Assembly: GCA_964508125.1 (NCBI GenBank)
Contig: CAZDTC010000002.1
Location: forward strand, 1 to 43,170
DNA from: an uncultured Candidatus Kuenenia sp.
GTDB lineage: Bacteria; Planctomycetota; Planctomycetia; Pirellulales; UBA1268
Reading direction: 5' to 3'
Length of the DNA stretch: 43,170 nucleotides
The translations under genes and the position numbers were made by a program. Shown here in pieces: positions 26,047 through 33,730 of this stretch; position 1 is the first letter of the stretch, and each line of letters begins with the position of its first letter. The notes beneath the pieces were generated by a model. That model saw only the letters and a list, made by a program, of their open reading frames with translations, did no database searches and had not been told where the DNA came from.

Positions 26047-29000
26047 TGCGAAAGTCCTCCATCGGCGGCCTTGCTTGGTGCGGAGCGGCTTGTGCGATTG
26101 CGGCCTTGGAGCTTTTGGCAGGCGGCGCGCTGGCACAGACGGGGGAGGCCACGCCGTTGCAGAATGCGGGATTCGAGATCACTGATCGCGGCATGACATG
26201 CCAGTCGATACCCGGATGGACCCTGTACGGGGCACCGAAATCTTCGATCGCAGTGGTGGATGACGAAGGCGCACCGGCACTACGGATTTCGAGAGGGAAG
26301 GCATTTTGCTACGGGGTGCCGGTTGATCCGGCGGCGGATTACGTGTTGACCGTTCGGGTGCGAGCCAACAAGGCAAAGCCCCGGATCGAGGCGGACCCGC
26401 CGCTGCCCCGCGGTCAGACAACCCCAGGATCGGAGACCAACTTTGATTGGAAGACAGTCTCGTTTCAGTTGCCAGCTTCGCGACGTCCTGCCGGAGTCCG
26501 CGAATGCTGGATCGCCCTGGGTGCGGAGGCCACGGCAACGGATGGGGCTGCCTGGTTCAAGTCGGTGAGACTCGAACCGGTCGGCGGGGGGCCGAATGCG
26601 GTCCCGAATCCGTCATTCGCGGAACCAGTCGTCGACACGGCAGTTCCCCCCGGATGGTCGATCGACAGTGGCGGTGCCGCCCTCACATGTGATTCTGAAC
26701 AATCGATCGAGGGCTCGCGCAGCCTGAAGGTGACCGGGGTCGGCCGGCCGGTGCGAATCTCCCAGTCGTTTGATCTGGCGGATTTCACAGCCCAAGGCGT
26801 GCGGAGGGTGAAGATCTCCGGCCGAGGCAAGTCATCTGGTCTTGGCAGCGACCGCGTGCGACTCGAGGTCTATGGGACGGTGCCTCCGGCCGGCCCGATC
26901 CTGAGCCTGTCAGGCGATGCGGAGTGGATGAAGGGCGAGGCCATCCTCGACGTAGACCGGCAGCAGGGACGGAAACTTGCCGTGTGGATCAACGCGCCCC
27001 GCCCCTTTGCGGGCGATGCTTGGTTTGACGACATTCGCGTCGAAGCGGTACCCGATTCGGAGGTCGTAAACCTTCTGTCCAACGCATCGTTTCTGCCCTC
27101 GATCGCCAACCCCAAGCTTCCAGACTTCTGGGGTCTTTGGGGCGACGCGGGCTGGTGCATCGAGCCATGGACCTTTGACTTCTTCGGCATCGTCGATGAA
27201 CCAGGGCCCTTTCCGCCCGCTCGTGTCCTTCGAGTGCATCACCCTCCGCAAGGTGGCTTTGTGCCGAATCCGCCGAATCAGCGGCTTGCCATGTATGTCC
27301 TCACCGGATCCAAGCTCGATCTTCCCGAGGGGGATTACACGTTTTCAATCTACGCCAAAGCGGATCGCCCCAACACGGCTGTCCACATTCACCATCCTGC
27401 CAGCGAACGACCGCTTGCGACGGCGCGGGTAGGGACGAAGTGGCAGCGGATAGCAGCGACTGGCACGGGCTTTCCCCTGTTGCCGGCAATCCATATCCCC
27501 GACCCTGGCAGCGTCGTTTGGCTGTCGGCCCCGCAACTCGAACCGGGCAAGAAAGCAACTGCCTTCCGCCCATCCCCGGGCGAAGGAACGATTGCTCCGC
27601 CAAGCGAGCCTCGCGATGCGGCCGCACGTCGTCGGGGAGAGATTCGCGGCATGGCCGCCGAAAACGCCTCGCACGTCGTTCCCCCGCTCACGGTCTACGC
27701 CGAATATGACCATGTGCTCGACGATCCCGATGTTCGAGTGCGTCTGGAGTGGTCCGGCCCTACTCCGACAACGATTCACTGCAGGCTGCTGGATGCCCTC
27801 ACGGGGGCCAAGCTGCCAGTCCAACAGCAATCGATCGAAATCAAAGAGCCCGGCATACATACGGTCGTCATGCCCATGGCCGGTCTCCAACCGGGCACAA
27901 TCGGCATTCACGCGATTGCCGACTCGGCGGGGAAACGCACGGGCAGAGCCACAGACACGTTCGCAAAGCTCGCGCGCTCTGGCCGGGATATCCGGGTGAA
28001 TCGTTTCACGCGAAGCCTGACGGTCGACGGAAATCCGATGCTTCCCATCTTCCTTCCCATCGAACCAGCCACCCTCGGCGACTGGCACCTCGATCGCATC
28101 ACGAAAGCAGGATTCAACTGCCTGGTTGCCGCTCCCGGCAGACTGTCGCAGCAGGAAATCCTGAATGGTTCCGTGCCGTCTGGGAAGGCCGCGGAAATCC
28201 GACGGCAGCTCGATCGGCTGCACGCTCGCGGCATGGGGCTCTTCTGGCCGATTCCCTGGACGTTCAGCGATTGGGCAAACACCGGCGCTCTCTACGGCGG
28301 CAACATCGCCCGCCTGGCGGGGGCGTACTGCGGATTGGTGTCAGCGTTTCGCGACCATCCAGCGATTCTCGGCTGGTATCTCCAGGACGAGCCCTCATCG
28401 CTCACATGGGAGCGTGAATTCAAATTTACCGAATCCGATCTCCAGGCACTGTGGCTGGCGGTGAAGGAAACGGATCCCGGGCGGCCGGCCTATGTCAACT
28501 GGAACCACTCCTGGCAGATCGAACCCTACGGCGGCTTCAAGTGCACGGACGTGATCGGTCACGACAACTACGAAATATCGGGCGAGCCTTTCGACTACGG
28601 TGATTTGCTGCCTGGCGTGCAGATGGTGAACAACGCCCGCGTCGGCCGCCGGCCAGCGTTTGCATGGATATCCGGATCGTACGACGAGGTCTTGATGCGG
28701 CCGTCGGCCGGCGCGGTGCGCGTGCATGCCTGGCTGCATCTCCTGCACGGCACGCGAGGCCTCGGGTATTGGTCGAAGATACCCCTTGATCCGCAAGTCT
28801 GGGCCGACATGAAGACCTTCAACCGCGACGCCGCCGCTCTTCACAAGCATGTGCTTTCAAACCCGGACACGGTGCTGCGCATGCGCGGACCGCCGAGTGC
28901 GACGGTCCACCATGCGGTATGGACCTTGGGGGACTTTGCCTATTTGCTCGCGGTGAATACCGCCGATTGTCCTCAAACCCTTCGCATCGACGTCGCGGAT

Positions 29001-29141
29001 GCATGCGGCTGCAGCGTGGAATCCGGACGCAGGCTCTACGACGATCGGGAAATCGAGCTCGAGGGCGGGGTGCTCAGCGACGAGTGTGCACCACTGAGCC
29101 GTTGCCTGTATCGATTTGCGCTCGCACCAGCCGCGCCCTGA
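26037..29141 (+). CDS. Large secreted protein: N-terminal CBM4/9-like beta-sandwich repeats plus C-terminal TIM-barrel glycoside-hydrolase-like domain
   Basis: Signal peptide: GLAWCGAACAIAALELLAGGALAQ. Three segments open with N-x-[GS]-F-[EAL] (LQNAGFEI, VPNPSFAEP, LSNASFLPS), as CBM_4_9 modules do. The C-terminal ILGWYLQDEPS and YVNWNHSW resemble clan GH-A strand-4 motifs. The start is trimmed to ATG 26037. Confidence 0.8.
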   Translation: MRLMRKSSIGGLAWCGAACAIAALELLAGGALAQTGEATPLQNAGFEITDRGMTCQSIPGWTLYGAPKSSIAVVDDEGAPALRISRGKAFCYGVPVDPAADYVLTVRVRANKAKPRIEADPPLPRGQTTPGSETNFDWKTVSFQLPASRRPAGVRECWIALGAEATATDGAAWFKSVRLEPVGGGPNAVPNPSFAEPVVDTAVPPGWSIDSGGAALTCDSEQSIEGSRSLKVTGVGRPVRISQSFDLADFTAQGVRRVKISGRGKSSGLGSDRVRLEVYGTVPPAGPILSLSGDAEWMKGEAILDVDRQQGRKLAVWINAPRPFAGDAWFDDIRVEAVPDSEVVNLLSNASFLPSIANPKLPDFWGLWGDAGWCIEPWTFDFFGIVDEPGPFPPARVLRVHHPPQGGFVPNPPNQRLAMYVLTGSKLDLPEGDYTFSIYAKADRPNTAVHIHHPASERPLATARVGTKWQRIAATGTGFPLLPAIHIPDPGSVVWLSAPQLEPGKKATAFRPSPGEGTIAPPSEPRDAAARRRGEIRGMAAENASHVVPPLTVYAEYDHVLDDPDVRVRLEWSGPTPTTIHCRLLDALTGAKLPVQQQSIEIKEPGIHTVVMPMAGLQPGTIGIHAIADSAGKRTGRATDTFAKLARSGRDIRVNRFTRSLTVDGNPMLPIFLPIEPATLGDWHLDRITKAGFNCLVAAPGRLSQQEILNGSVPSGKAAEIRRQLDRLHARGMGLFWPIPWTFSDWANTGALYGGNIARLAGAYCGLVSAFRDHPAILGWYLQDEPSSLTWEREFKFTESDLQALWLAVKETDPGRPAYVNWNHSWQIEPYGGFKCTDVIGHDNYEISGEPFDYGDLLPGVQMVNNARVGRRPAFAWISGSYDEVLMRPSAGAVRVHAWLHLLHGTRGLGYWSKIPLDPQVWADMKTFNRDAAALHKHVLSNPDTVLRMRGPPSATVHHAVWTLGDFAYLLAVNTADCPQTLRIDVADACGCSVESGRRLYDDREIELEGGVLSDECAPLSRCLYRFALAPAAP

Positions 29142-29184
29142 GTCGGCCGCCCGCGACGAATCGCGGCCGCTCAAGCATCTCGCC

Positions 29185-31062
29185 TCAGCGCGGCGTCTTC
29201 AAGGCGGCCTTCAAGGAGGCTGCCGGTATGCCGCGGACTACGGCGGAAGAAGTCCGGGCCACGGCAAACCATTTCTCTGCCTGTGACGCTTGCGATTCCC
29301 TTCGCAGTGGGTCCACCTCAACAGCCGCTTGATGCAAACTTGCCTGCCCCATCAGCATGGCAAGTTGCGCATTTCGCGGATCCCATTCGGCCATGTGTTC
29401 GCCGACTTCAAGGGCATGTTCCAACGACGCTCGGCAACTTTCCTCCTGCCCCGTACTGGTGGCTGACCGCGCTTGAGCAGTCGCACGTCGTAGCATCTTC
29501 AGCGCACTTTGCGACCATCCATCCCGGTAGAGGATGGGCACTGTAAGACCGCACATCAGCGTGAATGCGATCGGCACACCAGGGGCGACGAAACGCATGC
29601 CCTTCGACATGACGCCCGGCGCCACCTGCGAGGGAGCGCTTGCGACGGCCAAGCCTGCGATGACCGCTGCCAGGAAGGCGTTCGCGGGCAGGTGGAGATT
29701 CCAGTCAAACGCCGAATGCATCGTGATGCCCGCAAGCGCGGCCCAGCACCCTGCAAACAGCAATCGCTCATCCGCCTGCGGCATGCTGCAAAATCGTCGG
29801 AAACGCGAAAGTAGGACGGCAAGTCCCGCGCTGGCAAGGCCCACACCAAACAGCCCCGTCTCGGCCAACCACTGCGCAATGTCGTTATGAGCATAAAAGA
29901 GCACGAACGAGTTTTGGGTGAATCGCGGGTAAATGCCTGAATAAGTATCCAAGCCCGTCCCCAAGATCGGCGAGGCGAGAAACATCCGAACCGCGACCTG
30001 AGCCGCGACGTTGCGGGCATCGGTGACGAGCACGTCGACAATCGATCGATATTTCTCCGGCATCCACCCGAGAACGAGGTCACTCGGAGCCAGCATCAAC
30101 GCCAGTCCGCCCGCCGCCAACAGCGTATAGCCGATGACACATCCGACCATCACTCGGGTGAGCCACTGCCTCCGCGCTGAAAATGCAGCGAGCGCGAGGC
30201 CGGAGAATGCCAAAGCGACAGCGCCAGCGCGTGAATGCGCTCCCACCCCGACCAACCATATCGCCCATGAAAACGCTGCTACAGCAACGCCGATCTGAAT
30301 CAACTCCGGCACCCGGCTTCTCGAGAATACCAACCATGCAGCTACCACGAGCGGGAGTGTCAAGGTTATCCCGCCGGCGAAGTGATTGCTGTAGATATAC
30401 GTTCCAAACCCGTCGCCACTGTGCGCGATATCCGCCGGATACCGCAGCCCTCCGACCTCGACGACTTGGGCGCTCCCGACACCGGCCGATTCGACTGGCA
30501 TGGCCACCGAGTTAAATACGACGTTGCCGGGGTCTCCCAGCGGAAAAAGGCCGAGCAGCAATCTTTGCGGTGTCGATGCATGACCAAACACAGCTCCACA
30601 CGCCAGCGAAACCACGCCCACGACAACGACTGCTGCGATGAGTTGCACGCGGTATGGCCGGAAGCGAGTAACGCTGGCGACCACTGCCGTCACGGAGACC
30701 GCCGTGAAAAGCCGAGCTGCTGCAAGCACAGACGCGTGCGTGTCCACGGAGATGGTTGCGCTGGCATTCGTGAGACCTGCGGATGCAACTTTCCATGCGC
30801 CGGCAGATACCGGCGCGATGGTGGTGAGGATGGCCTCAGGGAGAGGGAGCACCTGAATCAGGCCGATGCACGAGGCGCAGGCCGGCAAGACCTGCAGCCA
30901 CATGGGCCTTCTCGCGGTCAGAGCCCACAAGATCGACGACACGACCACGGAAAGCTCGAGGCTGAATCGCGTCCACTGATGGGATGCCCCGAGCGCCACG
31001 GGAGCAGATACCGTTCCAAGGACGAGCAACCACACCGCCAGTTTTTCGGCCCATGGGCGCAT
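29185..31062 (-). CDS. O-antigen-ligase-like (Wzy_C domain) polytopic membrane protein with C-terminal soluble helical (TPR-like) tail
   Basis: More than 10 hydrophobic helices. Motif FYAHNDIAQWLAETGLFGVGL fits H-N-x-x-x-x-x-x-E-x-G of Wzy_C. The last ~120 aa are hydrophilic and helical (LEHALEVGEHMAEWDPRNAQLAMLMGQASL...). Confidence 0.85.
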   Translation of the reverse strand: MRPWAEKLAVWLLVLGTVSAPVALGASHQWTRFSLELSVVVSSILWALTARRPMWLQVLPACASCIGLIQVLPLPEAILTTIAPVSAGAWKVASAGLTNASATISVDTHASVLAAARLFTAVSVTAVVASVTRFRPYRVQLIAAVVVVGVVSLACGAVFGHASTPQRLLLGLFPLGDPGNVVFNSVAMPVESAGVGSAQVVEVGGLRYPADIAHSGDGFGTYIYSNHFAGGITLTLPLVVAAWLVFSRSRVPELIQIGVAVAAFSWAIWLVGVGAHSRAGAVALAFSGLALAAFSARRQWLTRVMVGCVIGYTLLAAGGLALMLAPSDLVLGWMPEKYRSIVDVLVTDARNVAAQVAVRMFLASPILGTGLDTYSGIYPRFTQNSFVLFYAHNDIAQWLAETGLFGVGLASAGLAVLLSRFRRFCSMPQADERLLFAGCWAALAGITMHSAFDWNLHLPANAFLAAVIAGLAVASAPSQVAPGVMSKGMRFVAPGVPIAFTLMCGLTVPILYRDGWSQSALKMLRRATAQARSATSTGQEESCRASLEHALEVGEHMAEWDPRNAQLAMLMGQASLHQAAVEVDPLRRESQASQAEKWFAVARTSSAVVRGIPAASLKAALKTPR

Positions 31063-31174
31063 CGTGCCAGTCGCTCTCCCAACTCAAAGCCTGTGAGAGG
31101 CACTCTATCAGAAAGCCGCGATCGCAGACGACTACGGCAGTCGCACCGCCAAGGCGACGGTCTCGCTCGGCGGA

Positions 31175-33073
31175 CTATTTCAGGTAGTTGCCCAGTGCCA
31201 CGAGGGCCATGGGGCGCAGCCAACCTGTGGCTTCAGGCCGCGCGATAAATAACTGCCAAAGGCGGGCGACCTCCATCGGATCGAGGGGCGCCCGGCGCAC
31301 CAGATTGGCGAGAGCTGCTTCGCACGATTCCCTCATCTCATGCCGCATCCAATCTCCGATTGGCAGTGAGAAACCTGTTTTAGGGCGGGCTGTGACGTGT
31401 GCAGGAATGTTTCCCTCGAGCGCCTTACGCAGAAGGAATTTGCCGGTCCTCTGATTCTTCAATCTTCCTGGAAGCGCCGAGACATAATCGACCAGTCGCA
31501 AATCAAGAAACGGCACACGCACCTCGAGCGAATGACGCATGCTGTTTGCGTCTGTGTCCCGCAGGAGTGTGTTTCCCATGTAGTGAATTATTTCCGACTG
31601 CGACACACCATTGAAGGCGTCTGTCTGCGAGATTAGCTCGTTGAAATCGGCATCGATACCCGGCATTTCCAGCACGGCCCTCTGTGGCCGCGTGCTCGTA
31701 TACATCGCCGCTATTTGCGAATCCGAAAGAAGGCGCCGTAGCGACCGGGCCACTCCCGCGGGGCGCGTGTCACCGACGATGAGATCCACAAATTTCTCGG
31801 CGTCACTTCTCGATCGAAACACGGTCTGTAGGCCGGCCGTCGCCTGTCGCCACAGGCTCTGCGGAATCAACCGCAGCAATGGCAGAAACGCTGAGGCTCT
31901 CGTCACTCTGCGAAAAGTTGAGTATCCGCCAAACAACTCATCGGCGCCAAGGCCCGAAAGACCGACGACAACGCCCTCGGCCGCGAGCCGGCGGCTAACG
32001 ACATACGTGTTGAATCCGTCGACACTCGGGCTGTCCATGCCCGCCAACCAGTCGTACCACTTTTCGGGAAGGTTTTTGGTGTCGAGAGAAACAGCAATGT
32101 GCGGCATCCCCAAGTCGCGAGCTGTCGCTTGCGCTTGCTCCACCTCATCGACGCCGTGCACTACACCAAAACCAACGGTAAAAGCCGTGATTCGCGGCGT
32201 GTACTCTTTCGCGAACGATGCGATGACCGTGCTATCGATGCCGCCCGACAAAAAAACGCCCACGGGTACATCAGCCACGAGATGACGCATCACCGATTCA
32301 CGTAGCAACTCGCGCACGTTTGCCGCGGCTCGTTGCTCGTCGTCGGCGATCAACTGTCGAGGAAAGCTCCACGTGCGTCGTGGCGGGCTGGGCGGCTTCC
32401 CTGCAGCGATGCTTGCGTCGATCCACTGCGCATGGCCTGCGGGAAACGATCGAATATGCTCGTATACCGTTCGCGGCGACTGCACTGCCCCATAGGCAAG
32501 CATCCCGGAAATGCCCGCGAGATCGAGGTCTTTGGGAACGAGGCCGGAGGCGAGGAGCGACCGGATCTCGCTTGCGAAGATGAGCCGATCGGGCAGGGCT
32601 GCCACATAAAGCGGCTTGATTCCGAGCGGGTCGCGGGCGAGCAAGATCCGTCGCGAATCGGCGTGGTAGAAGGCGAAGGCGAACATTCCCTGCAGCCGCT
32701 CGACGACCGAATCCCCCCATGTGCAGAGCGCCTGAAGCAAAACCTCTGTGTCGCTCGTGCTGCGAAACACCACGCCTTCGCACTGGAGCTGCGCCCGCAG
32801 CTGACGGAAGTTGTAGATCTCGCCGTTGAACACGAGGCAGTCGCCCGTGCGTTCGTTGAACATCGGCTGATGGCCGGCCGCCGAGAGATCGAGGATCGCG
32901 AGGCGGCGGAAACCGAGGCCCAGGACCGGGCTGGGGGCGTCGTCGGGGCCCATGGAAATCAGCTCGAAGCCTTCGTCGTTGGGGCCGCGGTGCAGCATCG
33001 CGCGCATCATCGCCCTGACAGCCGGCTCGACCGGCCGCGGGTCTGTACTGATGATTCCGCAGATACCGCACAT
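31175..33073 (-). CDS. asnB: Asparagine synthase (glutamine-hydrolysing) family amidotransferase, paralogue 1
   Basis: N-terminal MCGICGI supplies the Ntn Cys2. Also present: RGPNDEG, FNGEIYNF, ARDPLGIKPLY, and the PP-loop VGVFLSGGIDST. Confidence 0.95.
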   Translation of the reverse strand: MCGICGIISTDPRPVEPAVRAMMRAMLHRGPNDEGFELISMGPDDAPSPVLGLGFRRLAILDLSAAGHQPMFNERTGDCLVFNGEIYNFRQLRAQLQCEGVVFRSTSDTEVLLQALCTWGDSVVERLQGMFAFAFYHADSRRILLARDPLGIKPLYVAALPDRLIFASEIRSLLASGLVPKDLDLAGISGMLAYGAVQSPRTVYEHIRSFPAGHAQWIDASIAAGKPPSPPRRTWSFPRQLIADDEQRAAANVRELLRESVMRHLVADVPVGVFLSGGIDSTVIASFAKEYTPRITAFTVGFGVVHGVDEVEQAQATARDLGMPHIAVSLDTKNLPEKWYDWLAGMDSPSVDGFNTYVVSRRLAAEGVVVGLSGLGADELFGGYSTFRRVTRASAFLPLLRLIPQSLWRQATAGLQTVFRSRSDAEKFVDLIVGDTRPAGVARSLRRLLSDSQIAAMYTSTRPQRAVLEMPGIDADFNELISQTDAFNGVSQSEIIHYMGNTLLRDTDANSMRHSLEVRVPFLDLRLVDYVSALPGRLKNQRTGKFLLRKALEGNIPAHVTARPKTGFSLPIGDWMRHEMRESCEAALANLVRRAPLDPMEVARLWQLFIARPEATGWLRPMALVALGNYLK

Positions 33074-33158
33074 GGAGTAGTGAATCGCTCACGAGACAGG
33101 TGCATCGAGAGCGCATGAAAGCGCTCAGCGGGCGCGAGGCTTACGATCCGCGCGCCGA

Positions 33159-33575
33159 TCAGCCCACCAGAAGAGAAGGCGGGCGCAAGAGCGAGAGAGG
33201 ATGCCCGTCGAGCGGGCAGCAGGGCGAGGGCGCGATCACCAAGGGACGGTGCGTGTCGGCACCGAGCGAGGCCAGGATCGAATTGTTGGTTACTCCCTCG
33301 CCATCGGCAGCGCCCGACGATGGCTTATCGCTGCGGTGCCGCGGCGCTCGGGGCAACTGTAGGTTAGGCGATGCCACGTTGATCGCGTGGGGATGCAAGG
33401 CGGCCTGCCACACCGGGGCCTCGACGACACGCGGCGTCGACACGCCCGCCTGGGCAGCACGGCCGCGGGACGCCGGCGACTCCGTCGATGCACCGAGGCA
33501 CGCCAACGCCGCCAGCACGCCGGCAGCGAGGGTGGTCGGAGCAAGGTAGCGAGATCGATTCGAGATATTCCCCAT
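33159..33575 (-). CDS. Small secreted hypothetical protein (138 aa), low complexity
   Basis: The ATG ORF has a signal-peptide-like N-terminus (RYLAPTTLAAGVLAALACLGAS). Third-codon positions are mostly G/C in this frame. I recognise no family. It lies between the two asnB paralogues. Confidence 0.4.
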   Translation of the reverse strand: MGNISNRSRYLAPTTLAAGVLAALACLGASTESPASRGRAAQAGVSTPRVVEAPVWQAALHPHAINVASPNLQLPRAPRHRSDKPSSGAADGEGVTNNSILASLGADTHRPLVIAPSPCCPLDGHPLSLLRPPSLLVG

Positions 33576-33630
33576 GAACGAAATGTACCTTTGGTACAGG
33601 CCTGGAGTGCTTGCAATGCCTTAAGGGGGG

Positions 33631-33730
33631 CACGTGGGGCGACCGTCTCGGTCGCCATTTCGTGGCCTGGCTACCAGGCAAGCGAGACGCTTGCCCCACT
33701 TACAAGCGACTGGCTGAAGCCTGTCCTACG
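33631..33730 (-). repeat. Mosaic palindromic repeat site in reverse orientation: B-A-C as read on the plus strand
   Basis: B 33631-33657 (CACGTGGGGCGACCGTCTCGGTCGCCA), A 33676-33699 (CAGGCAAGCGAGACGCTTGCCCCA), C 33709-33730 (GACTGGCTGAAGCCTGTCCTACG, one stem mismatch). Module C and part of A overlap the 3' end of the asnB paralogue 2 gene. Confidence 0.9.

Noticed and set aside
29151-29166. Hairpin CCGCGA cgaa TCGCGG between the convergent genes 26037..29141 and 29185..31062, as a bidirectional terminator
   Set aside because: The stem is only 6 bp, with no flanking T/A tracts, so it is too weak to call. It is noted only because it is the sole structure in the 43-nt convergent gap.
33100-33549. 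Plus-strand ORF 33100..33549 (149 aa) and minus-strand ORFs 33290..33658 and 33364..33699 as alternatives to the small secreted ORF
   Set aside because: They have no signal or motif content and are Arg-rich. Two of them run into the repeat site. The minus-strand frame 33159..33575 has the better third-position GC bias and a plausible signal peptide, although it remains a low-confidence call.
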